Source: Nitrospirota bacterium
GTDB lineage: Bacteria; Nitrospirota; UBA9217
Length of the DNA stretch: 64,000 nucleotides
Direction: 5' to 3'
NCBI GenBank assembly: GCA_963741205.1
Contig: CAVUHW010000022.1
Span: forward strand, 134,823-198,822
In this document: positions 30,819 through 48,305 of the stretch, piece after piece
How positions within the stretch are numbered: the stretch's first letter is position 1
Layout of the letters: each line of letters starts with the position of its first letter
Translations under genes and position numbers: made by a program
Notes under the pieces: model-generated
Told to the model about the DNA's origin: nothing
Databases searched by the model: none
What the model saw: only the letters and a program-made list of their open reading frames with translations

Positions 30819-32548
30819 ATGGAAAAACGGGGGAGGATAGTCGCGGTATTGTTCATCATGGGCCTGGCTTTTGCCCTCGTGGTCGCTGCGGCTTGTGTAC
30901 CTCCAGGTAATCGAGCGGACCAAACTTGCCGCCCGCGCAGAACGCCAGCAGGAGCAGGTCGTGGTGCTCGAGCCCAAACGGGGCACGATCTTTGACCGCA
31001 TGGGCAGGGAGCTTGCCGTAAGCCTGGATGTCGATTCGGTCTACGGCATCCCGTCCAAGATCGACGACCCGCGCGGACTTGCGCAGCGGCTCTGGCCGGA
31101 TCCTGCGCGAAGATCCGCGGCGGATCGAACGGAAGCTTGCCGGCGACAGGCATTTCGTCTGGCTCAGCCGCAAGGTGGACCCGGCCAAGGCGGAACGGGT
31201 CAGGGAACTCGGTGCCGAGGAGGTGCGGCTCCGGTCCGAGTCGAGGCGGTTTTATCCCCAGAAGACCCTGGCCGGGCCGGTGCTCGGCTTCACGGGCATG
31301 GACAATCACGGCCTTGAGGGCCTTGAGCGCGCTTACGACCCATGCTCCGCGGCGTCGAGCGGCTGGGTGCTTGCGCGAGAAGGACGCCAAGGGAAGGATG
31401 GTGTTTCCCGGCGGCCCCGGGTTTCCAGTTCAAGATGCCGAAGCCGGGCAACGATATCATCCTCACCATCGACGAAGTGATCCAGCACATCGTCGAGAAG
31501 GAGCTCGACGCGGCGCTTGCGAGCTCTCACGCGAAGGGCGGGGTCTGCATTGTCATGAACCCGCACAGCGGCGAGATCCTGGCGCTGTCGGTGCGGTCGA
31601 ACGGACACGGCCGCCCGGCGTTCAACCCGAACGAGCCGCAGCGCTACAAACCCGCGGAGTGGCGGAACCGCGCCGTGACCGATGCCTTCGAACCGGGCTC
31701 GATCTTCAAGCCCATCCTCGCCGCGGCGGCGCTCGAGGAGAAGGTGGTCCATCCCCTCGAGCGGTTCGACTGCTCTGCGGGCAAGATCCAGGTCGCCGAC
31801 CGGGTGATCAATGACGCCCATGAGAACGGCGTTCTGACCTTCACCGACGTGATCGCCCAGTCGAGCAACGTGGGTACGATCAAGGTCGGCCCTGCGGCTC
31901 GGAAAGGACCGGTTCTACAAATACATTACCGCCTTCGGGTTCGGCCGCAGGACCGGCGTGGACCTTCCCGGCGAGATCCCGGGCCTGCTCAGGGACTGCC
32001 GTCTGTGGTCCGGCGTGTCGATCGGCGAGATCGCCATCGGCCAGGAAATCGGCGTCACGCCGATGCAGATGGCCGCCGCGTACTGCGCGCTCGCGAACGG
32101 CGGAACGCTCATGAAGCCTTACATCGTGTGCGGAGATCGTCGATCGGGAAGGAAAGGGACGGAAATTCGCACCCCAGCCCGGGGTCCGGGTGATCAGCGA
32201 AGAGACCTGCTCCAAGGTGAACAAGATACTCCGGCGGGTCGTCGAGGCCGGCACGGGCCAGAAGGCCCGCCCTGCGGGGTATACGGCGGCGGGCAAGACC
32301 GGCACGGCGCAGAAGATAGACCGGCGGACCGGCGGGTATTCGAAGAAAGAATACGTAAGTTCCTTCGTGGGGTTCGCGCCGGCCGTCTCGCCGAAGCTGG
32401 TGATCGTGGTGATGATCGATACGCCCGAAGGGGTCATCTATGGCGGCAGCGTTGCCGCGCCGGTGTTCAAGGCGGTCGCGGAGCAAGGCCTTGCGTATCT
32501 GCAGGTGCCGCCCGACGATGTAGGAGGCAGGATGCTCCTGGTGACACG

Positions 32549-32552
<4 letters not shown>
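30819..32552 (+). CDS. ftsI: Penicillin-binding protein FtsI (frameshifted)
   Basis: RGTIFDR, EPGSIFK, SSNVG, GKTGTAQK. Confidence 0.93.
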
Positions 32553-35540
<2,988 letters not shown>

Positions 35541-35541
<1 letters not shown>

Positions 35542-36626
35542 TGCTCTATCACCTGCTGTATCCGCTGCGGGACAAGTTCGGCGGTTTCAACGTATTCCGG
35601 TACATCACCTTCCGGAGCGCCGGCGCGGTCCTGACTGCCCTCCTCGTGAGCTTCATCCTCGCTCCGTCGATGATCGCCTGGCTCCGCAGGCTCAAGGTGG
35701 GGCAGCACGTCAGAGACGACGGCCCGCAGACCCATCTCACCAAGCAGGGAACGCCGACCATGGGCGGGCTCCTGATCATCGCGGCGCTTGTTTCATCCGT
35801 GCTGCTGTGGTCCGACCTCACGAACAAGTACGTCTGGGTCGTGCTCTTCGCCACCCTCGCTTTCGGCGGCATCGGGTTCTGGGACGACTATCTCAAGGTC
35901 GTGAAGAAGCGGTCCACGGGCCTCCGGGCCGTCCAGAAGTTCGGGCTCCAGATCGCGGCGTCGCTCGCGATCGGCATTTTTCCTCTACTTCAACCGGAGC
36001 GACCCGAACAGCACCATCCTGTCCGTGCCGTTCATGAAAGCAGCTGTTCCTCAATCTGGGCTGGTTTTACATTCCCTTTGTGGTCAGTCGTCATCGTCGG
36101 CTCCTCCAACGCCGTCAACCTGACCGACGGGCTCGACGGCCTGGCGATCGGGCTCGTCGGGATCGCGTCCACCGCCAACGCGGTGATCGTGTACCTGGGC
36201 GGGAACAAGATCATCGCGGACTACCTGAAGATCCTCTATATCCCCGGGAGCGGCGAGCTCGCCATCTTTTGCGGGGCCATGCTGGGGGCGAGCCTCGGGT
36301 TCCTGTGGTACAACGCGCATCCCGCCGAGGTGTTCATGGGCGACGTCGGATCGCTCTCGCTGGGCGGCGCGCTCGGCACGCTGGCCGTCGTCACCAAGCA
36401 CGAGCTGATTCTGGTCATCGTCGGCGGAATTTTCGTGGCCGAAACGGTCTCGGTGATGCTCCAGGTGGCGTCGTACAAGCTGACGGGCAAGCGGATCTTC
36501 AAGATGGCGCCGGTCCATCACCACTTTGAACAGATCGGCTGGCCCGAGTCCAAGGTCATCGTCCGGTTCTGGATCGTCGGGATCATCCTGGCGCTGATCT
36601 CGATCGGGTCGCTGAAGTTGAGGTGA
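35541..36626 (+). CDS. mraY: Phospho-MurNAc-pentapeptide transferase
   Basis: TPTMGG, DDYLK, NAVNLTDGLDGL, VFMGDVGS, MAPVHHHFE. Confidence 0.96.
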
Positions 36627-36727
36627 AGCAAATCGCAGAGGCATAGCGCAGAGAGCAGAGCGTTGAACTCGTTTTCGCCATGCCCTATGCGCTTCTGCGA
36701 TTTTCATTCTGCGTATTTGGAGGTAGG

Positions 36728-38100
<1,373 letters not shown>

Positions 38101-38117
38101 CGGAGCATGCGAGACTC

Positions 38118-39240
38118 ATGAGAACTGGAATGCAGATGAATACGATCATCAGGGACATTACGATCGCCTGCTGCTTTTCGCGATTCTGACGCTGCTCGTG
38201 GTCAGCGTCGTGATGGTCTACAGCTCCAGCAGCGTCGTCGCGCTCACGACCTATGACGACCCGGCGTTCTTCATGAAGCGGCAGATCCTGTGGGCCGCGG
38301 CGGGCTCGCTGCTCATGGCGGTCGCCATGCGGATCGACCACCGGCGGCTGTCGGACCAGCGGGTCGTTATCGCGCTGCTGGTCGTCTCCCTGGCGCTGCT
38401 CGCGGCGACGCTGGTGCCGGGCGTCGGCAGGATGATCAACGGATCGCGGCGGTGGCTGCGGCTCGGCATGCTTTCGTTCCAGCCGTCGGAGCTGGCCAAG
38501 TTCGCCCTCGTCGTCTACCTGAGCTACTACATCGCCAAGAAAGGCGAGCGCATCCGCGACTTCATGAACGGCCTGGTCCCCGCGTACGTCGTGACCGCGG
38601 TCTTTCTGGGCGTCGCCGTTCTCCAGCCCGATTTCGGAGCGCCATGACGCTGGCGGGCGTGGCGGGCATCATGCTCTTTGCCGGCGGCGCGGACGTTCTC
38701 CATCTCGGGGGCACGGCGCTCGCGGCGCTGCCGCTCGTGTACGTCGCCGTCGCGCACAAGGCCTATCGCTGGCGGAGGATCACCGCGTTCCTGATCCCTG
38801 GGACGACCCGCAGGGCGCGGGCTACCAGATCATCCAGTCCTTCCTGGCCTTCGGCAGCGGCGGCGTGTTCGGCCGCGGACTGGGCGAAGGAAGGCAGAAA
38901 CTCCTGTTCCTTCCCGAGCGGCATTCGGATTTCATCTATGCCGTGATCGGCGAAGAACTGGGCCTAATCGGCGCCCTGGCGGTCGTGGTGCTCTTCCTGG
39001 TCATTCTGTGGCGGGGCGTCAGGATCGCGCTCGCCGCGGGAGATGCGTTCAGCGGCATGCTGGCGCTCGGCATCACGCTCCTCGTCTGCCTCCAGGGCGT
39101 GATCAACATGGCGGTGGTGACCGGGCCTCTTGCCCACGAAGGGCATCGCGCTCCCGCTCGTGAGCTACGGCGGGTCGTCGCTCGTGGTCACGATGGCGGC
39201 GCTCGGGGTGCTGCTGAATATTTCGAAAGAAACAGGTTGA
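38118..39240 (+). CDS. ftsW: SEDS peptidoglycan polymerase FtsW (frameshifted, start approximate)
   Basis: MVYSSS, RRWL, QPSELAK, QPDFG, HSDFI..VIGEELG, SYGGSS. Confidence 0.93.
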
Positions 39241-39262
39241 CGAAATGCGGATGAGCATTTTG

Positions 39263-39346
39263 ACCGCAGAGGCGCGAGGACGCGAAGGTTGTAATCTTTC
39301 TAAAATCACGAATTAAGCTTCTTTGCGATCTTAGCGCCTTCGCGGT
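39263..39346. repeat. Inverted 9-mer repeat element
   Basis: accgcagaggcgcgaggacgcgaag / ctttgcgatcttagcgccttcgcggt. Confidence 0.7.
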
Positions 39347-39369
39347 GAACGATCTTCAGGTTTTACGAT

Positions 39370-40456
39370 ATGAAGGTCGTCATCGCGGGCGGAGGGACGG
39401 GCGGGCACCTGTATCCGGGCATTGCCATAGCGCGCGAGCTCCTCCGGGAGCAGGGCAACGAGGTGCTGTTCGTGGGCACGGAGCAGGGGATCGAGGCAAA
39501 GGTCCTTCCGCGGGAAGGGCTGCCGGTCCGCTTTATCACGGTCGGAAAACTGAAAGGCATGAAGCTCGGCTCGATCGTGAAGACGCTCGTTACGCTGCCG
39601 CGAAGCCTCATGCAGTCCCTGGGCCTGCTTCGCGAGGTGAGGCCCGACGTGGTCGTCGGCGTCGGCGGCTATTCGTCGGGGCCGGTTGCCGTCGCGGCGT
39701 GGTGCCTCAGGATACCGCTTCTGATCGTGGAGCCGAACTCCTATGCCGGGCTTGCGAACCGGAAGCTGGGGAAGCTCGCGGACAAGGTCATCCTCTGTTT
39801 TCCCGGGACCGGCGCGCAGCGGTTTTTTCCGCCGGAGAAAACGGCGAAGGTCGGGCCGCTGGTCAGGAAGGGGCATCGAGGAGGGCAGACCGGGAAAAGG
39901 CGCTCGCCGAATTCGGGCTCGACGCGGAAGGTTCACGGTCTTTGTCATGGGCGGGAGCGGCGGGGCCCATGCGATCAATATGGCCATGAAAGAGGCGGCG
40001 CCGGCTTCTTGCGGACGTGAAGCGGCTCCAGGTCCTGCACCAGACCGGGGAGAAGGACGTCGACGGACGTGACCGCCGGATACCGTGAGGCCGGGCGTCA
40101 GGGCCGCGGTCCTTCCCTATATCCACGACATGGCCGGGGCCTACGCGGCCGCCGACCTGGTGGTCTCGCGCTCCGGCGCGACCACGGTGGCGGAACTCGC
40201 GGTCTGCGGCAAGCGGGCGGTGCTGATCCCCTTTCCCCATGCCGCGGACAACCACCAGGAGTTCAATGCCCGGACCCTGGCGGAACGGGGGCAGGCCGAC
40301 GTCATCATCCAGAAGGACCTGACCGCGGAGAGGCTTGCCGGGCTCATCAAAAAATACGCGCGTCAAGGGGCCGGCTCGATGCCCGCTCCGCGGATGGAAA
40401 ACACGGCGGCGGAGGAAATCGCGAGGATTTGTCGAACCTATGTTCAAAAAAATTAA
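39370..40456 (+). CDS. murG: GlcNAc transferase MurG (frameshifted)
   Basis: [34 protein letters not shown]. Confidence 0.95.
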
Positions 40457-41826
40457 ACATATCCATTTCGTCGGCATCGGCGGCATCGGCATGAGCGGCA
40501 TCGCCGAGGTGCTCCTGAACCTCGGATACAAGGTCTCGGGATCGGACATGAGGGAGTCGGACACCACGGAGCGGCTCCGGAAGCTGGGCGGCGAGATCGC
40601 CATCGGCCACCGCGCTGAGAACATCACGACGCCGCACGTGGTCGTGATATCGTCGGCGGTGAAGAACGACAACGTGGAGGTGATCGCCGCGCGGGAAAAG
40701 CAGGTGCCCGTGATTCCCCGGGCCGAGATGCTGGCCGAGCTCATGCGGCTCAAGTACGGCGTTGCCATCGCGGGGGCCCACGGCAAGACCACGACGACCT
40801 CGATGGTCGCCACGGTGCTCGCGGCGGGCGGCATCGACCCCACGGTCGTGATCGGCGGAAAGCTGAACAGCCTCGGCACGAACGCCAAGCTCGGGCAGGG
40901 CGAGTTCCTCGTCGCCGAGGCGGACGAGAGCGACGGGAGCTTCCTCAAGCTCTCGCCCACCATAGCCGTGGTCACGACGATCGACGCGGAACACCTGGAC
41001 TACTACCGGGACATCGACGAGATCAAGGCGGCCTTCCTCACGTTCATCAACAAGGTGCCGTTCTACGGGGTGTCGGTCCTGTGCCTGGACCAGCCGCACA
41101 TCCAGGCGCTCATCCCGAAGGTCGAGAAACGCTACCAGACCTACGGCATGAGCACCCAGGCGGATTACCAGGCTCGGGACATCTCGCTCCTGCCCTTCGG
41201 AGCCACGTTCAAAGTGCTGCACCACGACCACGGACCTGGGCCCCTTCGAGCTCGCGGTGCCCGGCGTGCACAACATCAACAACAGCCTGGCGGCGATAGC
41301 GGTGGCGCGGGAGCTGGACATCGACCTCGAGGTCATCCGGAAGGCGCTCAGGGAGTTTTCCGGCGTGCAGCGGAGGTTCCAGATCAAGGGAGAGGCGGGC
41401 GGCATCATCGTCGTCGACGATTACGGCCATCACCCCACGGAAGTAAAGGCCACGCTCGCGGCCGCCGCGAGAGGGCTCGAGCGGAGGGTCGTCGTGGTGT
41501 TCCAGCCGCACCGGTACACGAGGACCCAGCATCTGCTCGAAGATTTTTTTACCGCCTTCAACCAGGCGGACAAGCTTATCGTCATGGACATCTATGCTGC
41601 AGGAGAAAAGCCCATTCCCGGCATATCCGGCCAGGCCCTGTATGAAGGGATCAAGAAGTACGGGCACAAGGACGTGACCTATATCCCCGCACGGGAGAAG
41701 GTTGTAGACCACCTCTTGGGAGCGCTCAGGAAGGGCGACCTCATGATCACCCTGGGCGCCGGCGACGTCTGGAAGATCGGTGAAGAGGTCGTGGAACGCT
41801 TAAAGCATGGACATCCAAAACGTTAA
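40440..41826 (+). CDS. murC: UDP-MurNAc:L-Ala ligase (frameshifted)
   Basis: [38 protein letters not shown]. Confidence 0.96.
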
Positions 41827-42715
41827 AGGCGAGATCAGGCAAAACGAGCCGCTTTCCCGGCATACGTCCTTCGGCATCGGCGGGCCCGCTGATATTCTGG
41901 CGTATCCCGCGGACCGCGACGATCTCGTCCTGCTGCTCCGGGAGATCAGGAAGCGGGGCCTCAAGTATTTCATCATCGGCGGCGGTACGAACCTGCTCGT
42001 CAAGGACAAGGGTTTCCGCGGCGTGGTGATCTGCCTCAAGCGCATGACGGCGATCAGGATCGTGCGGGAATACCGGTCGATCGGCGGGGCCTTTGCCGTG
42101 GTCTCCGCCGAGGCCGGCGCCCTCCTGGCGAAGCTGCTCTCCTTCTCCGTCGAGGAAGGGCTTACCGGGCTTGAGTTCGCCGCGGGCATTCCGGGCACCG
42201 TGGGAGGCGCGGTCTGCATGAACGCCGGAACGGCCGGGGGAGAGATGGGCGATGTCGTGGAGTCGGTGACCCTGCTCTCGCCGGACGGAGTACTGGTCAC
42301 GCGGGGCAGGGATGAGATGGGTTTCGGATACCGCGCTTCCTCGGTGCCGGAAGGCCATCTCGTGCTCGAAGCCTCGGTCGTTCTCCGCCGCGAGGACAAG
42401 GGCAGGATCGCGGCGCGTTTGAAGGACCTCATGGACAGGAGAAAACAGCGCCAGCCCGCGGGGCTGCCGAATGCCGGATCGGTTTTTAAGAACCCGCAGG
42501 AGGAATCCGCCGGCAAGCTGATCGAGCAGGCGGGACTCAAGGGAAAGACCGTCGGCGGCGCGCAGGTTTCCGAGAAGCACGCCAACTTCATCGTGAACCG
42601 GGGCAAGGCCACGGCGGCGGATGTGCTTGCGCTCATGGAGATCGTCATGCAGAAGGTGCTCGAAGTGCACGGCGTGCGGCTCGAGCCGGAGATAAAAATC
42701 ATAGGAGAAGATTAG
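41807..42715 (+). CDS. murB: UDP-GlcNAc-enolpyruvate reductase
   Basis: HTSFGIGG, GIPGTVGGAVCMNAG, AGSVFKNP, SEKHANF. Confidence 0.96.
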   Translation: MDIQNVKGEIRQNEPLSRHTSFGIGGPADILAYPADRDDLVLLLREIRKRGLKYFIIGGGTNLLVKDKGFRGVVICLKRMTAIRIVREYRSIGGAFAVVSAEAGALLAKLLSFSVEEGLTGLEFAAGIPGTVGGAVCMNAGTAGGEMGDVVESVTLLSPDGVLVTRGRDEMGFGYRASSVPEGHLVLEASVVLRREDKGRIAARLKDLMDRRKQRQPAGLPNAGSVFKNPQEESAGKLIEQAGLKGKTVGGAQVSEKHANFIVNRGKATAADVLALMEIVMQKVLEVHGVRLEPEIKIIGED

Positions 42716-42827
42716 AGGGAATGCAATTCACAGTCGAAGAGCATTCGCGCGAAGTACGAAATCAGAGTGAAGGCTGAGTTAGGAATTGAAATTCGAGTCT
42801 GAGATCTGCGGTATAAAAGGATTTTCT

Positions 42828-43756
42828 ATGGCACTGGTGACGAACAAAAAGATCGGCGTATTGATGGGCGGGCTTTCGTCGGAGCGGGAGGTCTCGCTTG
42901 CCTCCGGGAACGCGGTGCTTACGGCGCTCCGGGAAAAAGGATACCATCCCGTCGCCATCGACGTGGGCAGGGACGTGGCCGAGAAGCTCCAGTGAGCACG
43001 GCGTCGAAATAGCCTTTATCGCGCTCCACGGCAAGTTCGGCGAGGACGGCGCGATCCAGGGAATGCTCGAGGTGATGGGCATCCCCTATACCGGCTCGGG
43101 CATTCTCGCAAGCGCCATCGGCATGAACAAGACCGTTTCGAAGCAGGTGTTCCGGTCCCAGGGGCTTCTGGTCGGGCCGTACGAAGTCGTCTATGACGGC
43201 GACGGCGCAAAAGCGGGCGCTCGTCATCGAACAGCTTCAGTTCCCCGTGGTGGTGAAGCCCCACGCCGAAGGATCCAGCGTGGGTGTAAGCCTCGTCTTC
43301 AGGAAAGAGGAAGTGGCGCAGGCCGTGAAGCTCGCGTTCGAGTACGGCAGCGAGATCCTGATTGAAAAATTCATCAAGGGCAAGGAAGTCCAGGTGGGCA
43401 TCCTGGGGGACCGGGCCCTCGGCGCCATCGAGATCGTGCCGAAGCGCGCCTTCTACGATTACAAGGCAAAGTATGAAAAGGGAATGTCGGACCACTTCTT
43501 CCCTGCCCGGATCCCCGAGGCAGTCTACAAACGGACGCTTGAAGCGGGCCTGGCCGCGCATCGCGCCATCGGCTGCCGCGGCTACAGCAGGGTAGACTTC
43601 ATCATCGATGAGGGCGGCGCGCCCTACATCCTGGAAGTGAACACGCTCCCGGGCATGACCGCGACCAGCCTGCTGCCCGAGATCGCGAAAGGCGTGGGGA
43701 TTTCCTTCCCCGATCTCGTGGAGGAGATACTGAGGCTGGCGATCTATGAAGCGTAA
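42828..43756 (+). CDS. ddl: D-alanine-D-alanine ligase (frameshifted)
   Basis: [43 protein letters not shown]. Confidence 0.95.
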
Positions 43757-43837
43757 ATGCGGAATGCGGATGCGGATGCGGTCTGAGAATCGACGGTCTT
43801 TTCAATCACGATTCGAAATCCGCATTCCGAAATGATT

Positions 43838-44779
43838 ATGCGAGACTATAAAAACGTAAAAGTCCCGAGATCCTACCGCAGCGGGGCCGGACGCATATCA
43901 GTCAAACGGGTCCAGGCGGGCGGGGCGATCGCGCGAAGCCGAAGAAGAGCAGTGACGGCATCACGAGTCTGCTGCTGAAAATCATGGCGGTCGATTGTGG
44001 TCGCGGCGGGGCTTTTCTGGCATGGCACGGCTACCGGGCATCGATCCAGGCCGACATGTTCGTCGTGTCGGGCGTCGACGTCAAGGGCGTCAAACACCTG
44101 AGCGAGAAAGACCTCAAGGAAATCGCCGGCATGTTTAAGGGGCAGAACATCTTTCGCGCGGACATCGATGCCGCGGTCCGGCGCGCCCGCGCGAACCCCT
44201 GGGTGAAAGAGGCCCGGATCTACCGGAGGCTGCCGAACCGCATCACCATGGTCTTTACGGAGCGCGCTCCCGCCGTTATCCTGGATACCGGCGCGGAGCG
44301 GTTCCTGATGGATGACGAGGGCATGGTCATCGAGCGGCTCGCCAAGGACGGAGCATCGGCCTGGCCGCTTCCCGTTGTGGCGATCAGGGGATACCGTGCC
44401 CGTCCGGGCGAGCAGGTTGTCGCCGAGGGCCTGGACTGAGGCGATGCAGCTCATTGCCGAGATCTCCGCGCGGGGTGGATGGCGGCTCGCCGAGGTGACG
44501 GTCAAGGCGGATTCTCCCGAGTCCTTGAGCGTGGTCTACGCGGAGCATGAATTCAAGATCGGCAGCGGCCGCTACGGCGAAAAGCTCCGCAGGCTCGCCG
44601 AGGTCATGGCGGACGTGAAGGAGCGCGGTCTGGAGATCGCCTACGTGGACCTCCGACCCGAGCGGCAGACGGCGGTGATGGTGAAGAATGACAGGGTGCA
44701 AGGGTGCGGGGTCCAAGCGGCAAGGAAGAAAAACGTAGGACTGAGTAACGAGTGCAGTGTCACTGACGACGAACACTGA
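43838..44779 (+). CDS. ftsQ: Cell division protein FtsQ/DivIB (frameshifted)
   Basis: POTRA segment PWVKEARIYRRLPN, YVDLR; located between ddl and ftsA. Confidence 0.85.
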
Positions 44780-44821
44780 GTCCTCAGCACTCGGACCCTT
44801 TGAACTTGAAGTTGACGGAGG

Positions 44822-46055
44822 TTGCCTGTGGCGAAAAAGAAGCCTGACAATGTGCTCGTCGGTCTGGACCTCGGGACGACCAAGGTCTGCGCCATCGTCG
44901 GAGAGGTGAAGGAGGGCGGACAGGTCGACATCATCGGGATCGGCATCAGCCCTTCCCACGGCCTCAAGAAAGGCGTCGTCGTCAACATCGACAGCACGGT
45001 GGAGTCCATAAAAAAGGCGGTCCAGGAGGCCGAGCTCATGGCCGGCGTGGAGATCAACTCGGCCTTTGTCGGGATCTCCGGCGGTCACATCAAGGGCATC
45101 AACTCCCGCGGCGTGGCCGCGATCAAGAACCGGGAAGTGGGGCCCGGCCGACGTGGCGCGGGCCATCGACGGGGCGCGGGCCGTGAACTTTCCCGATGGA
45201 CCAGCAGATCCTCCATGTCCTGCCCCAGGAATTCATCATCGACGACCAGGACGGGATCAAGGACCCCCTCGGGCATGTCGGGGACGCGGCTCGACGTGAA
45301 GGTCCACATCATCACCGGCGCCGTCACCGCCATCCAGAACATCGTCAAGAGCTGCTCCCGCGCCGGGCTCCACGTGAACGACCTGGTGCTCCAGCCCCTT
45401 GCCTCGAGCCGCGCGGTCCTGACCACCGAGGAGCAGGAGCTGGGCGTCGTGGTGGCCGACATCGGCGGCGGGACCACGGACCTGGCGTTCTTTCTGGAGG
45501 GAAGCCTGTGGCACACCGAGGTCCTCCCCATCGGCGGGAACCATCTGACGAACGACATCGCCATCGGACTCAGGACCCCCGCCTCGGAGGCGGAAAAGAT
45601 CAAGATCAAATACGGCTGCGCCCTCGCGTCGCTGGTGAAGCACGAGGAGACGCTGGATGTCCCGAGCGTGGGCGGGAGGCCGCCGCGGCTCCTTTCGCGC
45701 CAGATCCTGTGCGAAATCATCGAGCCCCGCATGGAAGAGCTGTTCGGGATGGTGCAGCAGCGGCTCAAGAAGACCGGGTTCGAGGACATGTTCGCGTCAG
45801 GGGTGGTGCTTACCGGCGGAACGGCCCTCATGGAGGGCGTGCAGGACGCCGCCGAACGCTACCTCGGCCAGCCGATCCGGCGGGGCACGCCGCGGAATAT
45901 CGGCGGGCTGATGGACGTGGTGAACAGCCCGATCTACGCCACGGGCGTCGGGCTCGTGATCTACGGCGCGGAGAACCTGCGGAAGCGCCCCGCAAGTTCA
46001 GGAGCGGCAGGCAGCGGCAAGCCGGTTCTGGAAGTGGCTGGGAGAATACATTTAG
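44822..46055 (+). CDS. ftsA: Cell division protein FtsA (frameshifted)
   Basis: [38 protein letters not shown]. Confidence 0.95.
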
Positions 46056-46258
46056 CAATTGCGGATTGCGGAATTCGGCAGATAAATGGCCGAGATTGCG
46101 GAATTTCCCATTCCAATCGCGATCAATCCGCAATTCCTCGGGAGGTGACATGGACGACAAACTTGATTTCGGGTTTCAGGACATCATGGAGTTCGTCGCA
46201 GGGACGGAACAGCCTGAAGAACAAACCGATACCGGGAGAAGAGAGGAGGGCAACGGGG

Positions 46259-47382
46259 ATGTTTCAGTTCGAAGATGAAAGACTGCCCGCCGTCATCAAG
46301 GTGATCGGCGTGGGAGGCGGCGGGAGCAACGCCGTAAGCACCATGTACCAGTCTGACATCAAGGGCGTGCAGTTCATCGTCGCGAACACCGACATGCAGG
46401 CGCTGGAGCTGTACGCGGGCGCCGATCAAGCTCCAGATCGGCTCCAAGCTCACCTGCGGCCGGGGGGCCGGGGCGAATCCCGAGATCGGCCGCAACGCGG
46501 CGCTCGAGGACGCCGAGAAGATCAAGGCCGCGATCAGCGGCGCCGACATGGTCTTCATCACGGCGGGCATGGGCGGCGGCACGGGCACGGGCGCGGCGCC
46601 GGTCATCGCGAGCCTCGCGCGGGAAACGGGCGCGCTCGCCGTGGGCGTGGTCACCAAGCCCTTCAGCTTCGAGGGAGAAGCGAGAAAGCACAAGGCGGAA
46701 GAAGGCATTGCCGAACTCAAGAAGAACGTCGATGCCCTCATCGTGATCCCGAACGAGCGGCTCCTGAACCTGGCGGAAAAGAGGACCACGCTCCTGCAGT
46801 CCTTCAAGCTCGCGGACGGGGTGCTGGCGCAGGCGGTCAGGGGCATCTCGGACGTGGTGATGAAGCACGGGATACATGAACGTCGACTTCGCCGACGTGA
46901 AGACCGTGATGGCGAACCGCGGAAGGGCGGTCATGGGAACCGGCATCGGCAAAGGCGAGGGCAGGGCCATCGACGCGGCGCAGAAGGCGATATCGAGCCC
47001 GCTCCTGGAGGACGGGTCCATCAAGGGCGCGCGGGCGGTCCTGATCAACGTCACCGGCGGCGAGGACATGGGCATCTACGAGTTCAACGAGGCCTCCGCG
47101 ATCATCAAGGAGGAGGCGGACCCGTCGGCGAACATCATCTTCGGGGTGGTGATCAATCCCGTCATGAGCGAAGAGATCATGGTTACGGTGATCGCCACGG
47201 GCTTCGACGAGCAGGGCATCAGGGAGCGCGTCAAGCAGCCGGTGAGCCTCAAGGAGTTCATGAAGGTCGTGGAAAAACCGACGAAGCGCAAGCAGGAGGC
47301 CTTCGATTTCAAGAACGAGGCCCTGGGCATCGACTGCGAGGACCTGGACAAGCCGACGTTCTTCAGAAGGCAGGCGGATTGA
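46259..47382 (+). CDS. ftsZ: Cell division protein FtsZ (frameshifted)
   Basis: [31 protein letters not shown]-terminal [12 protein letters not shown]. Confidence 0.96.
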
Positions 47383-47507
47383 GACAATAACGACCGCAGG
47401 CTGTCGAGGCATGCTTGAGAACGTTCTCGGTGAGCGCAGTCATTTTGAGGAGCCGATGCTACTTATGGCCTCCCGGCTATCTTCCGCATTTCGTGCGCTC
47501 CCACAAG

Positions 47508-48236
47508 TTACCTCCTTGTGCGCTCCTCGTCCACGGCGCTCAGGATCCCGCGAAGGATGGCGACGTCCCTGCTTTCCAGGCGGGCCCTGCCGAAGATCTG
47601 CCGAAGTGTAGCCATCATCCGCTCCGGTTGGTCCCGGTCGAGGAACCCGATTGTCGTGAGGGTTTCCTGAAGATGGAGGTAGAAGCGTTCCAGGTCTTCC
47701 ACCGGCGCCAGCTCGCGGTCGGATGATGAAACGCTCATCCGGGATGTCACGAATAACTCGTAAGCTATGACCATAACCGCATGAGAAAGGTTCAGGGAAG
47801 GGAACGCCTCGGACGCGGGTATGGCGACGATCTCCTGGCAGAGGGCGAGGTCCCGGTTATCCAGGCCGTTCACCTCATTGCCGAACACGACGGCAACCTT
47901 GTTCCGGGAAAGAAGAGGTACTACCTGTTCGGCCATTTCACGGGGAGTTCTGATGTTTTTCCGCAACCTGCCCGGGTGGCGCGACGTGCCGATCACAAGG
48001 TTGTGGCCGATGATTGCCTCCGCAAGTCCGGTTACGACCGATGCCTGCCGTATGATCCCCTCAGCTCCCGCCGCAAGTTTCCGCATCTCATGGTGCTCGT
48101 CTTTCGGTGGGTCCACCAGCACAAGCCTGGAAAGGCCCATGTTCATCATGCATCGCGCAGCCGCCCCGATGTTGGCCGGCGTCTTTGTGTCAACGAGGAC
48201 TATGGTGATGCTATCGAGGGCTGATTGGTTTTGCAT
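47508..48236 (-). CDS. trmJ: TrmJ/LasT-family SPOUT RNA methyltransferase
   Basis: PANIGAAAR..NMG, VFGNEVNGL, PSLNLSHAV, ILRGIL. Confidence 0.9.
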   Translation of the reverse strand: MQNQSALDSITIVLVDTKTPANIGAAARCMMNMGLSRLVLVDPPKDEHHEMRKLAAGAEGIIRQASVVTGLAEAIIGHNLVIGTSRHPGRLRKNIRTPREMAEQVVPLLSRNKVAVVFGNEVNGLDNRDLALCQEIVAIPASEAFPSLNLSHAVMVIAYELFVTSRMSVSSSDRELAPVEDLERFYLHLQETLTTIGFLDRDQPERMMATLRQIFGRARLESRDVAILRGILSAVDEERTRR

Positions 48237-48305
48237 GAAAAATTTCTGCTGACCTGTAGTGCGTAATTGACAAATCCAGCCTCTCCTGATACAGTGGTGC
48301 CTATC

